Source: a virus. Taken from it: a stretch of DNA of 64,000 nt. A program made the translations under genes and the position numbers. A model generated the notes under the pieces. That model was not told the origin of the DNA. It searched no databases and saw only the letters and a list, made by a program, of their open reading frames with translations. Below are positions 63,838 to 64,000 of the stretch, piece after piece (the first letter of the stretch is position 1; each line of letters starts with the position of its first letter). The stretch spans positions 64,001 to 128,000 of IMG/VR virus record IMGVR_UViG_3300033388_006651, one strand, 5' to 3'.

Positions 63838-64000
63838 ATGTTTTGACCTACATCCCCGCCACCCCTGTATTTGCGTGCTGTCCTTTTGGAGCCAAAAGTG
63901 ACGACACGGGAAAGTTTCTACTCGCCAATGGCAGAGCAACCGATGCGGATACTGCCTCCAAAGCGAAAACCCAACAGCCGATCGGGCTCACCGGGACGCT
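63838..64000 (+). CDS. hypothetical protein, truncated by window end
   Basis: AGGAG RBS then ATG; open to the end of the window. Confidence 0.55.

Noticed and set aside
1-64000. Alternative genetic code (stop-codon reassignment)
   Set aside because: Recognisable proteins are full length in code 11 and end in TAA, TAG and TGA; no clear suppressor tRNA was found.

Overview
High-GC, gene-dense window with no ribosomal or core housekeeping genes. It is best read as part of a jumbo phage genome; a Myxococcota host is suggested, not proven, by a GDGDGD-repeat lipoprotein and a thaumatin-like lipoprotein. 0-23 kb is a translation/RNA island with about 20 tRNA genes grouped by amino acid (Lys, Thr, Asp, Val, Ile, Met, His, Phe), free-standing HNH/LAGLIDADG endonucleases, and an operon encoding a Ro60/TROVE-like vWA protein, a JAB protease, a ubiquitin-like protein and a ThiF/E1. 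RNase Z, endonuclease V, two macro domains, a HAD phosphatase and a vanadium haloperoxidase lie nearby. 24-45 kb holds two GH25 lysins, an M23 peptidase, RNase H, a BI-1/YccA protein, histone-like proteins and many hypotheticals; 45-64 kb holds giant Gly/Thr-rich fibre-like virion proteins. Two candidate undescribed systems stand out. (1) A conserved RNA module with covarying helices (P1-AC...P2-YACAAGC-payload-P2'...ACTC-P1') occurs 7 times and is grafted onto tRNA bodies at three different positions, producing circularly permuted and insert-containing tRNAs; it flanks the Ro60-like/Ubl operon. (2) tRNA clusters are preceded by short leader ORFs enriched in the cognate amino acid (Lys; Thr+Val; Asp; Ile), some reading into the tRNA itself, which suggests on-demand, translation-sensing control of phage tRNA supply. 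Protein calls come from motif recognition by eye; no searches were run.
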